This document shows, in pieces, positions 12,308 to 25,949 of a stretch of 64,000 nt of DNA (position 1 is its first letter; every line of letters starts with the position of its first letter). The notes under the pieces are model-generated. The model had not been told where the DNA came from, did not search any database, and saw only the letters and a program-made list of their open reading frames with translations. The stretch is from assembly GCA_951406725.2 (NCBI GenBank), contig OX597833.1, positions 24,614,001-24,678,000 on the forward strand, written 5' to 3'. Source of the stretch: Octopus vulgaris. Lineage: Eukaryota. A program made the translations under genes and the position numbers.

Positions 12308-12554
12308 GTGACTCCAAATGGGGCTAGAGATAAATTTCGTCTGTCTTTAAACCAGAATTCTGATGAGACTTATATCAGTGGACTGAATTGTGTATATATC
12401 AAATAATGTATATATGTCGAAACAAATTGTTGGCTCTTTTGGTCTTTTAATGATGTTTTTATGTTATCTTATATTATATTCAAAGTACATTATGTTATAC
12501 TATACTATAAATTAATTATTGGATTGTCAATTAAATTTCTCTATTTCATTTATT

Positions 12555-12560
<6 letters not shown>
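11800..12560 (+). mobile_element. Two diverged direct copies of a hammerhead-bearing Penelope-like repeat (~11800-12165, ~12340-12560)
   Basis: Shared C(T/G)GATGA-GAC...GTC-GAAA-CAAATTG-TT...TCTTTTGGT and downstream TTGGATTGTCAATT. A SINE fragment interrupts at 11952-12087. Confidence 0.6.
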
Positions 12561-12607
<47 letters not shown>

Positions 12608-12668
12608 TATACATATATACATATATATACACATATATATACATATATATACATATATACATATATAT

Positions 12669-12777
<109 letters not shown>

Positions 12778-12844
12778 TATATGTATGTATGTATGTATGT
12801 ATATATATATGTATGGAAAGAGAGAGAGAGTTAATCCCCCATCC

Positions 12845-13035
12845 CCCCAAAAACGAAGAAAAAACACAAGAAAAATTCAACAATGCGAAGACGTGGTACA
12901 TGCAAAGTATCAATAAGATGTTCAAGGAAGGGTGTTTTGCGTTTAGAGCAAAACTCTTCTTCAGAAACATGAGACAGAGGAAAGTCCAAGAGAAGAGGGA
13001 GACTAAGGGAAAAAATCGACAACAATTCACATGTA
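12845..13035 (-). mobile_element. Penelope-like terminal repeat with decayed minimal hammerhead (12934-12968)
   Basis: GTTT-CTGAAGA-AGAG-TTTTG-CTC-TAAACGC-AAAAC, with core GAAA mutated to TAAA. Confidence 0.5.
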
Positions 13036-13040
13036 GTTTT

Positions 13041-13078
<38 letters not shown>

Positions 13079-13455
13079 CTTCTTCACTGTGATGAAGCTC
13101 CATGTTTCAGATCGCTTTCATTACCAAGTATAAATATTTGATCATATTAACCGCAATACCATACAACATTGGAAGCAGAAACAGCTGTTAGATGGGATGC
13201 AATCTATTTGTATTGAGTTATAAATAATAATTGATATAAGTCGATTGTTCTTCATGGATATTTCTCCATTTTTTGTATTCTCTAAATTTTCATCCTTGAT
13301 AAACACATGTTTATCTCTGAATTTACCTATAACTTATGAACATGATATGTTTGCATATGTATGCCCATGATTAAATATAGGTAATATACCGGTGGTGTAA
13401 TTGATACTTCTATCCATTAGACGGTTATCTTAACCTCTACCTTAGCTAACCTTTT

Positions 13456-13535
<80 letters not shown>

Positions 13536-13549
13536 TTTGTGCTTGTGTG

Positions 13550-14410
13550 TCTGAAGTAGAGCAGCTCGACACGGAGCTTAGGCTGGAAGGAGGAAAAGGA
13601 CTTACGGAATTTCGGTTTTGGGATAATTCCTAGTAGGTCCGCTTCGAAATGTTCAAGATCTTTCATTCTGGGCGGGTGTTTCCTCGATCTAATGTCGTAG
13701 TTGTTTCCCTCCGCGCTTGGTGCAGCTAGATTGTAGTGGAAAGTTTACCATCTCATACGCCTAATCACGTTCATAATCGTCTCCAGCAACATTCGGGTGT
13801 AAAGTTCTTTGGACGGTGTGGGGATGTTTTTAGTGGAGTATCCGAGGTCGAATCGTTCCATATTTAAGGGGCGTGTGGCCTCCGTAAAAATATAGAAGCA
13901 CTGTGTTGGTCAGCTATTTGGCGGAGACACATGGACACTGTGAAAATCTCCGGCCAGGTAACGGAAAAAATTGTTTTTTTATAAAAACATAAATTCAGAG
14001 AAGCTCACTCTAAGAAGTAGAACAATCTATATAAATTACTGGTGAAGGCCGGTTTCTAGGTTTACCCTGGGTTTCTCGCCATAAAGAGTATCTTTAGGGA
14101 AAATTGTAAAGTCGGTTGTTGTAAAGTGATAATAAAGATATTTCAGAGCATTCACGAAACACACATTTACAATAGATTATGTCCGCTTAGATATAGAGCT
14201 AAATCTGTAATTCATTTTTGGATTTTGTTTGCAAAATTCTTAATGTGAGTTCGTGTGTTGAATCATATTTTGTTGTGTCTGGAGAGAGTTATTCTCTTTT
14301 AGTGCCTTATTATTTAATATATTCACCGGTAAAATTTCCACTCATTTACTTATTTATTTTACCTAAAATTTTCGTTCCGTCTTGCGACCTTTTCAATAGT
14401 CGTTGAAAAA
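13550..14410 (-). pseudogene. Penelope-like retroelement 5' part with decayed ORF N-terminus (ATG at 13861)
   Basis: MERFDLGYSTKNIPTPSKELY...VIRRMRW*...RKHPP.MKDLEHFEADL...KFRKSFSSFQPKL resembles the pre-RT region of Penelope-like elements. Has an internal stop. Confidence 0.65.
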
Positions 14411-17400
14411 AAAAGCATGTGGCTTTATAGTTTTGGATAGTAGTTTATATGCAGAGTGAGAGAGAGAGGGGGGAGAGAGAGGAAGAGGAGAGACGGAGAG
14501 AAAGAGAGAGGGCGAGAGAGAAAGAGGAACTGGATAATCTGGTGGTGCTACCACAGTATCAGATAGAATGCCTTGCGGTATTTGTTTCAGCTCCATGAGC
14601 TTAAAGTTCAAAACACTAAGAAATTTACTTTGCCTTTCACACTTACGGAGTCGATAAGTACAAGTCTAGTGCGCTGGGTTGGCGGTTCTTTTAAGACGCC
14701 CGGTGTGATGCACTTTGCTATTGGATCTTCCTGTATCTGGGCTAGAGGTCTTGGGAACCATGCCAAAAACAATAGGCTTCAGATGTCTAGCAGAATGACG
14801 CTTTGATTGGTGCAATATCTCTGATACACCAGTGGAACAGGTGAACTCTGTATGATGAGATATCCAAGAGCAGATGTATATATATATATATATATATATA
14901 TACATGTGCAGATTTGTGTACATAATGCACACGTTTATGTATACAAACATACACACACACATATGTATATATACAATATGCATGTCCATGCGCTTGTATA
15001 TGTATAAGTGTGCATGCATATATACATGCATATATGTATGTATGTATGTATCTAAAATACGCTTATGCATGTGTGCAGTTATATCTTAGCAACAGTATAA
15101 TTTAACACATACATTATATGTATGCGTGTGTGTGTACCGAAAGAGAGAGAGAGGGAGAGGGATGTAGATAGATAGATATATACATACTTACATACATACA
15201 CACATATAGTAACATGCTTACGTATAACTATATTAATCTGAAATAAATCGTCTGATTATGTTGTTCGACAATATTTACAAAAAAAAAATTACCAAGTAAC
15301 AAAGCTTAAAGTACAGTTTAAAATATTTGGATTGAATTAACAGGGTTAGTTATAAGGATCTTCTGTCCTATTAATTAAATAAATGCATAGTCTTCGGTAA
15401 CGTAAAACGTTAATAAAAAAGCGAATTACAATTAATTTTTGTTAACAACGTTAACAAAAAATAAAGAGTTCGTATTTCACTTTTGTCTATCCTTCTTTTC
15501 TTTTAGAGTTTTAACGGCTACCAGCACGGTGACGCGATCTCCTCAAATCTGGATTGAGTGCGCAGAAACGGATAGTATAACAATAAGTTAATCGTACTAA
15601 AGTCTCCCACCCATATACACCGCAAAATGTCAGCTTAGGTAACCAAAAACATTCCTACGGCAGTCATCGTCTTATCAATTACCGCAGGGTGGGCCTTTAC
15701 TTGACGCCTGATAACACATTTTAGAAAAAAACTATTGTCTTCTATTTTTCACTTAATTTGCCTGAAATGGTAAAATAAAGAAAATAAAATAAAGGAAAGA
15801 AACTGAAGCTCTGCCTTGAAAATTCTCTGCGCAACATTATAATAAATTTATGAGCTGTTATTGCTGATACGTATACATTGACATGATGTCTTTATCTAAC
15901 AGATATATTTAGGAAAAAGAAAAAGTGAAAGAAAGCAAAACGAACTCAACACATACACACAAGGAAACATGTACTCACACACGTATCAAAAGCATCCAAA
16001 CAGATAACTTGGTTAGTGTTAAGGTCATTCGTTTCACCTACACCATTGACCTAAAAACAAATAGATTCTCTTTAGGCTTCAGTACACTTACTTCCATGGT
16101 ATTTTGTTAAAACAGCGGGTAGGTACGTTTATATATTTTGTTTTACTATATTTATACAGTCGAACAGAGAACTTGAGCATTTTACAACAATGTGAGATGC
16201 GTACAACTGGTATTAATTCTAATAAATTTATCAGATTTCAAAGTCAGTGCGGGATCTCTCAATTCGCTAGAAATAGCAGCAGAATTGCACTCCAATCACA
16301 TTCTACTATCTTAAATTAAAAGAAAGTTACATTGGATGATGTAGCTTTAGATACAATGTCTCTTTACCTTGTTTCAGTCACTGGACTGTGGCCATGATGG
16401 TGCACCGCATTGTAGGGCTTAGTTGAAATAATCCACTTAACTATTTACTTTCAAAAGCCTAATGATTATTCTAATAGCTTTCTTTTAACCGATCCGCTTG
16501 ATCACGCGGACATAAAGAAACCAATGCCGGTCGTCAAGCAGTAGTGGAGAAAACACAGAAACAAAGACACACGTGCACACACACAGACACACAGACACAT
16601 GCCAGGATTCTTTGAATTTCCGTCTGCCAAATCCACTAAAAATGCTCTGGTCGTCTCTGGGCTATAGCAGAATACACTTGTCCATGGTTGTGCATAGTGG
16701 GTGTGACTCAAAAAGTCTTCTTAATCACACAGCCATGTAAAGAAGAAAAGTAAAAACTAAAATCAAAAAAGCTCTACAAAATTATTTAAAGCAGTCTGTC
16801 GTTGCAGATTTCTCTTCCGAAGATGAAATCCTTCGTACACTATCTGAATGCGAAAAAAATCTTCGGTAATAGTAATTTAGCCTATCATCCATTTTGCATG
16901 AATTTACACGTGCTTCTGGAACAGGTCAGAGAAAGGTTCGAAAATCTCATTATGATGGAGCTAATCATCACCAATTTCATAAATTATTTTACTTATTCAA
17001 GTAAAAATATAAGAACGGAAACTGGGTATTTTTGAGTTTTACAGTGGAATTGTTTTAAGATACATTCATATAGATAATAATTTTGGAACTGGATTTTTAG
17101 CAACAGATTCTCAGCCCCTAAAGAAGGTAGAATACAAAAATAAATATCCTATATCACATACAGACCCATGTGTAAATCAGTGTTTCAATTCTGAACATTA
17201 TGAAATCAAAACAATGATCTAGACTTAATTATGATCATTTTGATTGCTGCAATCAAGATTGTTGCAATCAGCATACACACTTAATTATAGAATATTGGGA
17301 AATGTAATTCAGCGTCAAAGCTCACATTGATTTTGAGGTTATCAGAGAAAGTAAACGTGTGTCACAAATTTGTTCGTGCATAAATGATTTTGTGTATGAT

Positions 17401-17662
17401 GTCCATTTATAAAACTTATAAATGTATTTGTGCGTGAAACGTTTACTAAAAAAATCCAGCTATAAATTTGTCTCTCAAATGAATTATGTTCCTCGCAATA
17501 CTGGAAGGCGTAGAATGCTCTTAGATGCAAAAATGTGTGTATAATGCTATAATCATAAATAAAGATATCTATACACATATATGCGTGTACGTACTAGTCT
17601 TTGCGTTTCTCTGAGAGTCTAAGTAGAAGTGTGTGCATTTGTGCACGATTTTTTAATGCATC

Positions 17663-17713
<51 letters not shown>

Positions 17714-17779
17714 TTAGACTGAAAAACAGATACACATAGAGAAACAACCAACCAGTGAACCAGACATATAGAGAGTCAG

Positions 17780-17962
<183 letters not shown>

Positions 17963-18393
17963 ATGCAATATCTTATGTTTGGGGCGTATATCGTATACTT
18001 TTTCTTCAAACTATATGAATAGAATAAATTATCTAATTCATAGATGTGGACATTCTAAATAAAGTATCGTATATTCATTACATATCAGTGCATGTGATAT
18101 TGTTGGCCGTGAGCAAAGATATACTCGTACATGAACAACAAAAAAACACATTGATTTTGTGAAGCAAATGTTAAACGAGACCATTTTTTTTTCTTAATTT
18201 TGGTATATATATATATTTTGTTATATCTATATACTTTTAAAATGGTTAGAGAGTTACATTATTCGTAAATACTCCCTTTTTTTTTACTCATTTTATCTCT
18301 GATTCACTTAAGTTATCTTTGGCCATGCTCGAGCAAACACTGACTAGTTTAAACAAAATTGTTTTCGTTTGTTCCAACACAATAAACGTATTG

Positions 18394-18431
<38 letters not shown>

Positions 18432-18799
18432 TGTCACAGCAGCAGTAGTAGACGTTATGGTGGTCGTGGGTGTGGTAATGTGTTGGTGGTAGTAGTATTA
18501 GCAGCAGCAATAGTAGTAGTGGCAGTAACAGTAGTAGTGTTAGCAGCACCAGTAGTAGTAGTATTTGTTGTTGCTGTTGTTATTTATGTGGTGGTGGTGG
18601 TGGTCATCATTGTTATCGTGGATCTCCGTCGTTCGACAAGGAAGATTCATTTCTTCTAACTCTAAATTAATGTGCAAGTGACCGTGTATTCTGTAGAGAC
18701 GTTGTATCCTTCAGGTAACGTAATTCTCAAAACAGAATCAGCGTGACTAGGATATACCTTGTAAAAACTAAAGGTACAATCCATCCACGTAGGACCTTC

Positions 18800-19215
18800 T
18801 TATTTCTTTATTGCCCACATGGGGCTAAACATAGACGGAACAAACAAGGGCAGACACAGGTATTAAGTCGATTACATCGACCCCAGTGCGTAACTGGTAC
18901 TTAATTTATCGACTCCGAAAGGATGAAAGACAAAGTCGATCTCGGGGGAATTTGAACTCAGAACGTAACGGCAGACGAAATACCTATTTCTTTACTACCC
19001 ACAAGGGGCTAAACATAGAGGGGACAAACAAGTAAAGACAAACGGATTAAGTCGATCACATCGACCCCAGTGCGTCACTGGTACTTAATTTATCAATCCC
19101 GAAAGGATGAAAGGTAAAGTTGACCTCGGTGGAATTTGAACTCAGAACGCAGCGGCAGACGAAATACCGCTAAGCATTTCACCCGGCGTGCTAACGTTTC
19201 CGCCAGCTCGCCGCA
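18800..19215 (-). mobile_element. Tandem dimer of tRNA-headed SINE (MetaSINE-like core GTCGACTTTGCCTTTCATCCTTTCGGGGTCGAT)
   Basis: Two ~185-bp units, with head GCGGCGAGCTGGCGGAAACGTTAGCAC on the minus strand. Many more copies, e.g. ~11952, 28040, 30835, 31045, 32050-32600, 56300, 57680, 59205, 59370, 60749. Confidence 0.8.
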
Positions 19216-19985
19216 CGTAGGGCCTTCTTAGCAGCTTTATAATCCCTCGGCCAAATCAGCGCACCTATATTATTGTTTTGATTGGCTACAACATGCATAT
19301 ATCAGAACTAGAACCCCTAGACCCAGAAGGCCTCTTGGGAAAACTGCCCGGTGAGTCCATACTTTAAGACCGCAATGCAACTACGGACTTCAAAGCAATT
19401 TCAGTCTACCCATAATTTCTGATCGTTTAAAAGCTAGTGAGAGGAAACCCACAAGCTTTGTATCGAGCTAAGATTATCGAAAAAATTCATTGTCCAAGAT
19501 GGCGTGTCGGGATACCGAATCAGGGACCTCTTGGTTGCAAAGCAGACATCTTAACCATTCCGCCAAGCTATACTTACAGTAGTAGTAGTAGTAGTAGTGG
19601 AAGTAGTATTGCATGTTCCAGGTATAAAATTAGATGCTATTACGCAAATCTCGTAAAAAGATTGCATGCAAAATGAACGTTGTGTTGTTCATACAGTCGA
19701 AACATATTTACACAAAATTACTTCACCATTTCTCCAGTAACAATATGAGCTGCCATTACTATCATGCAGACCACGTATCCAATGCGTAAAGAAAAAAAAT
19801 AAAGAAAAATGGTTTATAAATGGAGTGGTGGCGTGGTTGTACATTCAAGTTCTTACGGGGTTAACAAACCACTGTAATTATATTTTCAGCATGTGGAATA
19901 AACAGGTTCCTTTTCATACACAAACATGTGCATGTACGTACATATACATACATACATACATACATACATACATACATACATACAT

Positions 19986-20017
<32 letters not shown>

Positions 20018-21187
20018 GCACACACACACACACACACACAAATATATGCGCGTTTGTGTATATGTGTCGTACATTATCATTCTGAGCATGAATCTGATCT
20101 GATTAGCAAAATTCTCCTCATGCTAATTACTGTAATTGTTATTATTATCAACAATAATATCCTCATCATCATTATCATCATCGTTACCAGCACCCATAGT
20201 CGTCATCTTCGTCGTCGCCGCTGCCGTCGTCGCCACCACTATCGTCGCCGCAGCCGCCGTCACCGCCGCCGTCAAAGCTGCTGTCGTCTTCGCATCAAGT
20301 CGCCATCGTCTACAACATCAGTATCCTTATCGTCGTCATCATCATTATCATCAACATCACAAGTATCCTCGCCATTGCTACTATATATGTTATTGCTTTT
20401 GTCGATGAAATTCGGAAAATTTGAGGTTTTGGGGCTGCTTTTTCCTTTCGAAATATCCATTCAAAAAACAGCGAGTATGACCAAAAATAGAAATCCGATA
20501 AACGTGAGTAAGAATTTAAATAACAAACATACAAGAGAAAATTACACACACACGCGCGCGCGCGCGCACACACACACACGCACACACGAGCACACACATA
20601 TATATCAATGTATGTATGTCTATATGTGGTAAGATATATATATGGACACACGCATGTAGTTATAAATATATACATGCATATAGTTACGAATGTATGTGTG
20701 CGCGCACGCGCTGGTGTGTACACATGCATACAAAAGTAATTCGGTAAACAATCAATTCCTCGCTACGCTGTTAACAATCCCATGTCAATGAGTTTCCGAG
20801 TATGACTGCTTATATATTATCACGCTATATCAAACGCTGTTTTTCTAATATAAAAAGTTAAATATATAACAAGAGCTTTCACTCATTTGTCTTCTTACTG
20901 GTTTTAGTTATTTGACGGTGGCCATGCTAGGGCACTGCCCTGAAGAGCTTTAGTCAACAAATCGACCGCAGGCGTTATTTTTTTAATCCAAGTACTTATT
21001 CCATCGTCTCTTTGCTGACCGATAATTTATGGGGACGTAAACATACCAACATTGGCTGTCAAGTCGTGGTGGAGTCAAACACTGACACAAAGACACACAC
21101 ACACACACATACATATACATATATATATATATATATATATACATACATACATACACATACATACATATATATTTATATATATATATA

Positions 21188-21600
21188 GGCGCAGGAGTGG
21201 CTGTGTGGTAAGTAGCTTGCTTACCAACCACATGGTTCCGGGTTCAGTCCCACTGCGTGGCATCTTGGGCAAGTGTCTTCTGCTATAGCCCTGGGCCGAC
21301 CAATGCCTTGTGAGTGGATTTGGTAGACGGAAACTGAAAGAAGCCTGTCGTATATATGTACATATATATATGTATGTGTGTGTATATATTTGTGTGTCTG
21401 TGTTTGTCCCCCTAGCATTGCTTGACAACCGATGGTGGTATGTTTATGTCCCCGTCACCTAGCGGTTCGACAAAAAGAGACCGATAGAATAAGTACTGGG
21501 CTTAGAAAGAATAAGTCCCGGGGTCGATCTGTTCGACTAAAGGTGGTGCTCCAGCATGGCCGCAGTCAATTGACTGAAACAAGTAAAAAAAAAAAAGAAA
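21188..21600 (+). mobile_element. Complete tRNA-derived SINE (dominant family) with internal microsatellite and CR1-like tail
   Basis: A box TGGCTGTGTGG, B box GGTTCAGTCCC, tail GGTGCTCCAGCATGGCCGCAGTCAATTGACTGAAAC. Partial copies at ~16370, 20895, 21996, 43510/45113, 46290, 48940, 51270-52000, 54303, 58180. Confidence 0.88.
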
Positions 21601-22149
21601 TATATACATACATATATATATATAAATAATACACATACACACTCACAAACGCACACACACACATATGCATATATGGGTACAGAACGTGACCAACAGCAAA
21701 CAACATGAAATACGAAAACAAATGAGTTAAATACGCAAACAACGAGAGAAAAAATGGAAAACAGAACAAGTAACATAAAGAACGACCCTTCATCAGATGT
21801 CGGCTGTCTTTTGAGCACTGAACAGTAATGTGAGTCTCCAAAGACAGTTGGTCCTATAAATGCCAAAATGTAATTTTGGATTTACGGAGGGTCAAAGCTG
21901 GGAATAAAAACACGACAGAGGAGATATACAAGGAAACGGAACGGAAACAAACATGGAGGGTCGTTAGGCCAGAACGAGGGTGTATATATATATATGACGG
22001 GCTTCTTTCAGTTTCCGTCCACTAGCTTTTCTCAGAAGGCTTTGGTTGGCCTAAGGCTAAAGTAGAAGACACCTGCCCAAGTTGTTGCGCAGTGAGACTA
22101 AACCCAGAACCACTTGGTTTGGGAAGGAAGCTTTTTGCCATAAAATCAC

Positions 22150-22208
<59 letters not shown>

Positions 22209-22221
22209 TAATAATAATAAA

Positions 22222-22780
22222 TGCCCTGATTCACTACCAGAGAGTAGCTCTCATGGCTTCCGATCTTAACTGATTGGAAGTGTTATCATATACAATGTTT
22301 TATCTTGGTATCAAAGATGGGCTACAGCAAATATTCTGCTCAATACCACAGATTTGCTTGACAGTTGTTTGACCTTAACCAGTTGAGCATGTCCCTTTGT
22401 CTCTGATGATATGTGCATCTCTGATCACGAGCAGAAGTAGTGGGGGAGCATCATAGCCATGTGTTGAAAGGAATTTTTGGGGGTTTGAATAATTCACCCT
22501 TGGAAACATGAGTGTTTCGTTCAACATCCTTAAATAACTCTTATTCAGAGACCTTTTGAGCAGGATGGGCTACTCGACCTGAAGAAAATTCTAACTGTGC
22601 CCCACCTGCAAGGTCATGTGCTGTTTATCTTGCTGTTTATATGAAATCATGTCGGGCACATATGGTTGTGATGCATGTGCCTGGTGCACCCTTATCAGAC
22701 GGGTAGTCCTGATGGGTATACTGGGCTTCGTCTATTTTACCCCAGTGTCACTTTGATGGCATGCGCTGCTCTCTCACTCA
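22222..22780 (+). mobile_element. ~560-bp non-coding interspersed repeat embedded in (AAT)n
   Basis: Highly similar copies at 56470-57025 and 57097-57568, all flanked by (AAT)n. Confidence 0.85.
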
Positions 22781-22798
22781 ATAATAATAATGATGATG

Positions 22799-22876
<78 letters not shown>

Positions 22877-23236
22877 TAACAACAAAAGAATGAGACCCCG
22901 ATATTAGAGAAATAGAGGGTTTTTCATATATGTTATAAATTAGGACAAACAGTAAAAGGTTGTCATTATAGCACTCGGAGTTTCGAATATATATACATGA
23001 AGCTAGTATTAAATAAATTGCTTATTATCATAGTATCAAAACTAGTAGCTCCAAGTCACTGAAACTACTAGATTTGTTGTGTATATAAGTATGCTGGATA
23101 ATTGTTTCTCCGGGATAGGTCAAGTGATGTAAATACCTCAGTAATGTTCGAAAATCGAGTGAGGCTATTTATCGTTTTCTTCAATTTACGGTGAAATAGT
23201 TAAATTTTCCGTTTGGACATATATCTACTACGTATG

Positions 23237-23294
<58 letters not shown>

Positions 23295-23574
23295 CGTTTT
23301 TTTTGGATTTGTCTCCCCAGACACAACAGTCTGGGTCATTACGTATTCTTTTACATTTCGCTTACATTTGTTTCCAGTAGTCGTTATTGGTACGTTCCTG
23401 ATAGGTTTACTCAATCAGTCTATGAATAAGTTGCGAAAAATAGAACTACCTACAAAAGTTAATGCTGCTTTTGTCAGACCATGTCGGGTTATAACAAAGC
23501 AGAACACTGACATAACAACTACAACAACAACAACAACAACAACAATAATGATAATAATAATAATAATAATAATA

Positions 23575-24744
23575 CTTTCTTTATTGGTCACCAGAGCCGA
23601 ATACAAGACATAGAGGACGATACACAGACAAAGGACAGTGAGGTTAAACGTATAAACAGCAAACGAACACAACGATTAACAGAGATTAAATTAACAATAT
23701 GCTTCCCGAAAGTGTGGGATCCACCGAAAGGTGATGAAAGAGACCTCACACACTTTGGACCCCTTAACACCAAACGCTCTTCAGGAAGGCACCTTCTCCT
23801 CTCCCTTCCGTCCGGCCTACACACGCACACTTAGAGTAGGCCCATTCACGCGGGTCATTCTTGCAACATTCACCAACCTTTCAACGAACTTACTGACAGA
23901 CAATATCTCCCTCTCCAGCCCCATTTCCCTTTTCAGGTGGAACCTAAATAAGTCAATGAGGCTTTGGCCATAGAGGAAGGTACCCATCTTCAACCCACAC
24001 GTTCACCACACAAATATTTGCCATAGCCACCAGACAGAGAAACTACCATCCATTTCCCGGCCAAAGGAAGGAGGCGAGGTGATCTTCACAATGGACTCGG
24101 ACGATAGCCGGATCCGTCTTACATGTGAAAATAACTGTTCGACAAAGTTCCAATGCGCGGACATTGTACGAGAGCATGCAGAGTGGCTTCATCGCTCTGC
24201 GTGCATCTCGGAAAAGCCCCACTGACTGCACACCCGTGCCTGTAGAGCTTATCTCGAACCGGCAGCGGCCCCAGGTAGCACTGCTAAGCCAGGGGTTTCT
24301 GGAAGTTATCCATAGTTCCCGACCCGAAAATCCCCCGCAAAAGACCCGCCAGTTGATCCCTCCCGTCCACGACGCCCAGACCTTTCCAAGTACGACGTCG
24401 CTCTTGCCTCCGCTTATCCCCAATAGAACTCCAAAGTGGAAATTCCAACGACCGCATTACCCGACTGACCGAGGGTTGTCAGCGCTTGGAGGCACCCTAG
24501 GTGCCAAGCGGCCTGCCTCGGTCTACGTCTGATCTAGGACTGTAGCTCCGTCAAGGAGATGAACTGCGGAAACAGTGACCGCACCTGATCACTGTTTAGT
24601 TATCGCTGGAGATGTCGCAGCTCCAGCACATGTCTTCGCATCATCAGCCACGGCATACCCAGTCCTCCACCCAACGGGTACTGACAGTAAATGGATCGTC
24701 TGACAAGCAGAACCTGCCCCTCCACAGGGAATTAGTTACCCATA

Positions 24745-24745
<1 letters not shown>
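23575..24745 (-). mobile_element. Tx1/L1-like LINE, decayed 3' fragment
   Basis: C-terminal GQSLIDLFRFHLKREMGLEREILSVSKFVERLVNVARM, remnant zinc-knuckle region, AATAAA near the 3' end. Confidence 0.55.
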
Positions 24746-24805
<60 letters not shown>

Positions 24806-25949
24806 GTGCATAGATGAAGCTGAAAACAATATTCGCAATCTGTTACTCCGAGGTTCAAGTAATCTATCAACGGACAGCTGTTAACATCACAATTGTAGTG
24901 TTCCGTAAGTTAGCACTGGTCTGACTATGAGTTACGTAAAACTCGGAATGAAGTGTTGCAAAGGTTCTCAGTTTCAATAAAACAATTATATCATTCTGTT
25001 TGTTTCAGTCTGGCTTTTCCGTGTTATACTTACGTCATGAAAGGGAAACATAAAAGACAGAAAGAGAGAGGGGCGGGGGGAGGGAAGAAGGTCTGTATTA
25101 TTAGCGAGAGCGAGAGAAAGAGAGAGAGAGGGTGTGAGAAAGAGAAAGAGAAGGCATACACACTCTCACATACACACACACGCATTATTGTATATACAGT
25201 TATGCATAGAAAAAAAGCAGACAATATATATATATATATATGTATGTATATGCATGTATCAAACACTGATGAGCGTTTGCGTTTGTCTGTCGAAAATGGT
25301 GGCTGTCAGAAATAGCGTGAGGGAGTTGATTTTATCTTAATTTAGAAAATAATTTTATGTTATTATACTCTGTAATTGCCCTCTGAAGGAGTGGACCCTC
25401 TTGACCAAACTGGTGAACTAGCCTAGTTTGATGTATCTCTTGTTCATCTTAATGTTTATAATTCCTCTCTCTTTTCAGTTTTTTCAGAACTACAGGTAAG
25501 CTACATTGCTTCGCCTCTTTTGACACTTATCACAGTCTCGTCCTTTCTTGCTCGAATTTAGATAAGTAATCTAATAGATATCTACTCGAGTGTCCGCTTA
25601 ATAGATGTATTTTGTTATCTGTTTCTTTCTTCTTTTCTGCTACAATGTTGCCTTTTCTTCTCTCCTGTATCTATATTGTAAACCTGATTGTCTAATTATA
25701 TTTTAAACAATAGGTTATTGTTGATATCATGTTTCTTAAACAATTTGTTTGAATATTCCTTTATTGTCGACTATGTTTTATTTCCTTACTCCTATTTTAT
25801 ACGCTTCATAAGAATTTTTTCTATTTTGTGCGATGAGATTCAATATAACTTGCGTGCGAGATAATTTATTCTGTCCATATCAAACTGATGAGTGGCGTAA
25901 TTTGAAACCGGTCATAGGTCTTCTTGGTTTTCGCATACATATTTTTGAT

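Noticed and set aside
25262-25312. CTGATGA...GAAA hammerhead-like core
   Set aside because: No convincing stems I or III, so probably a chance match.
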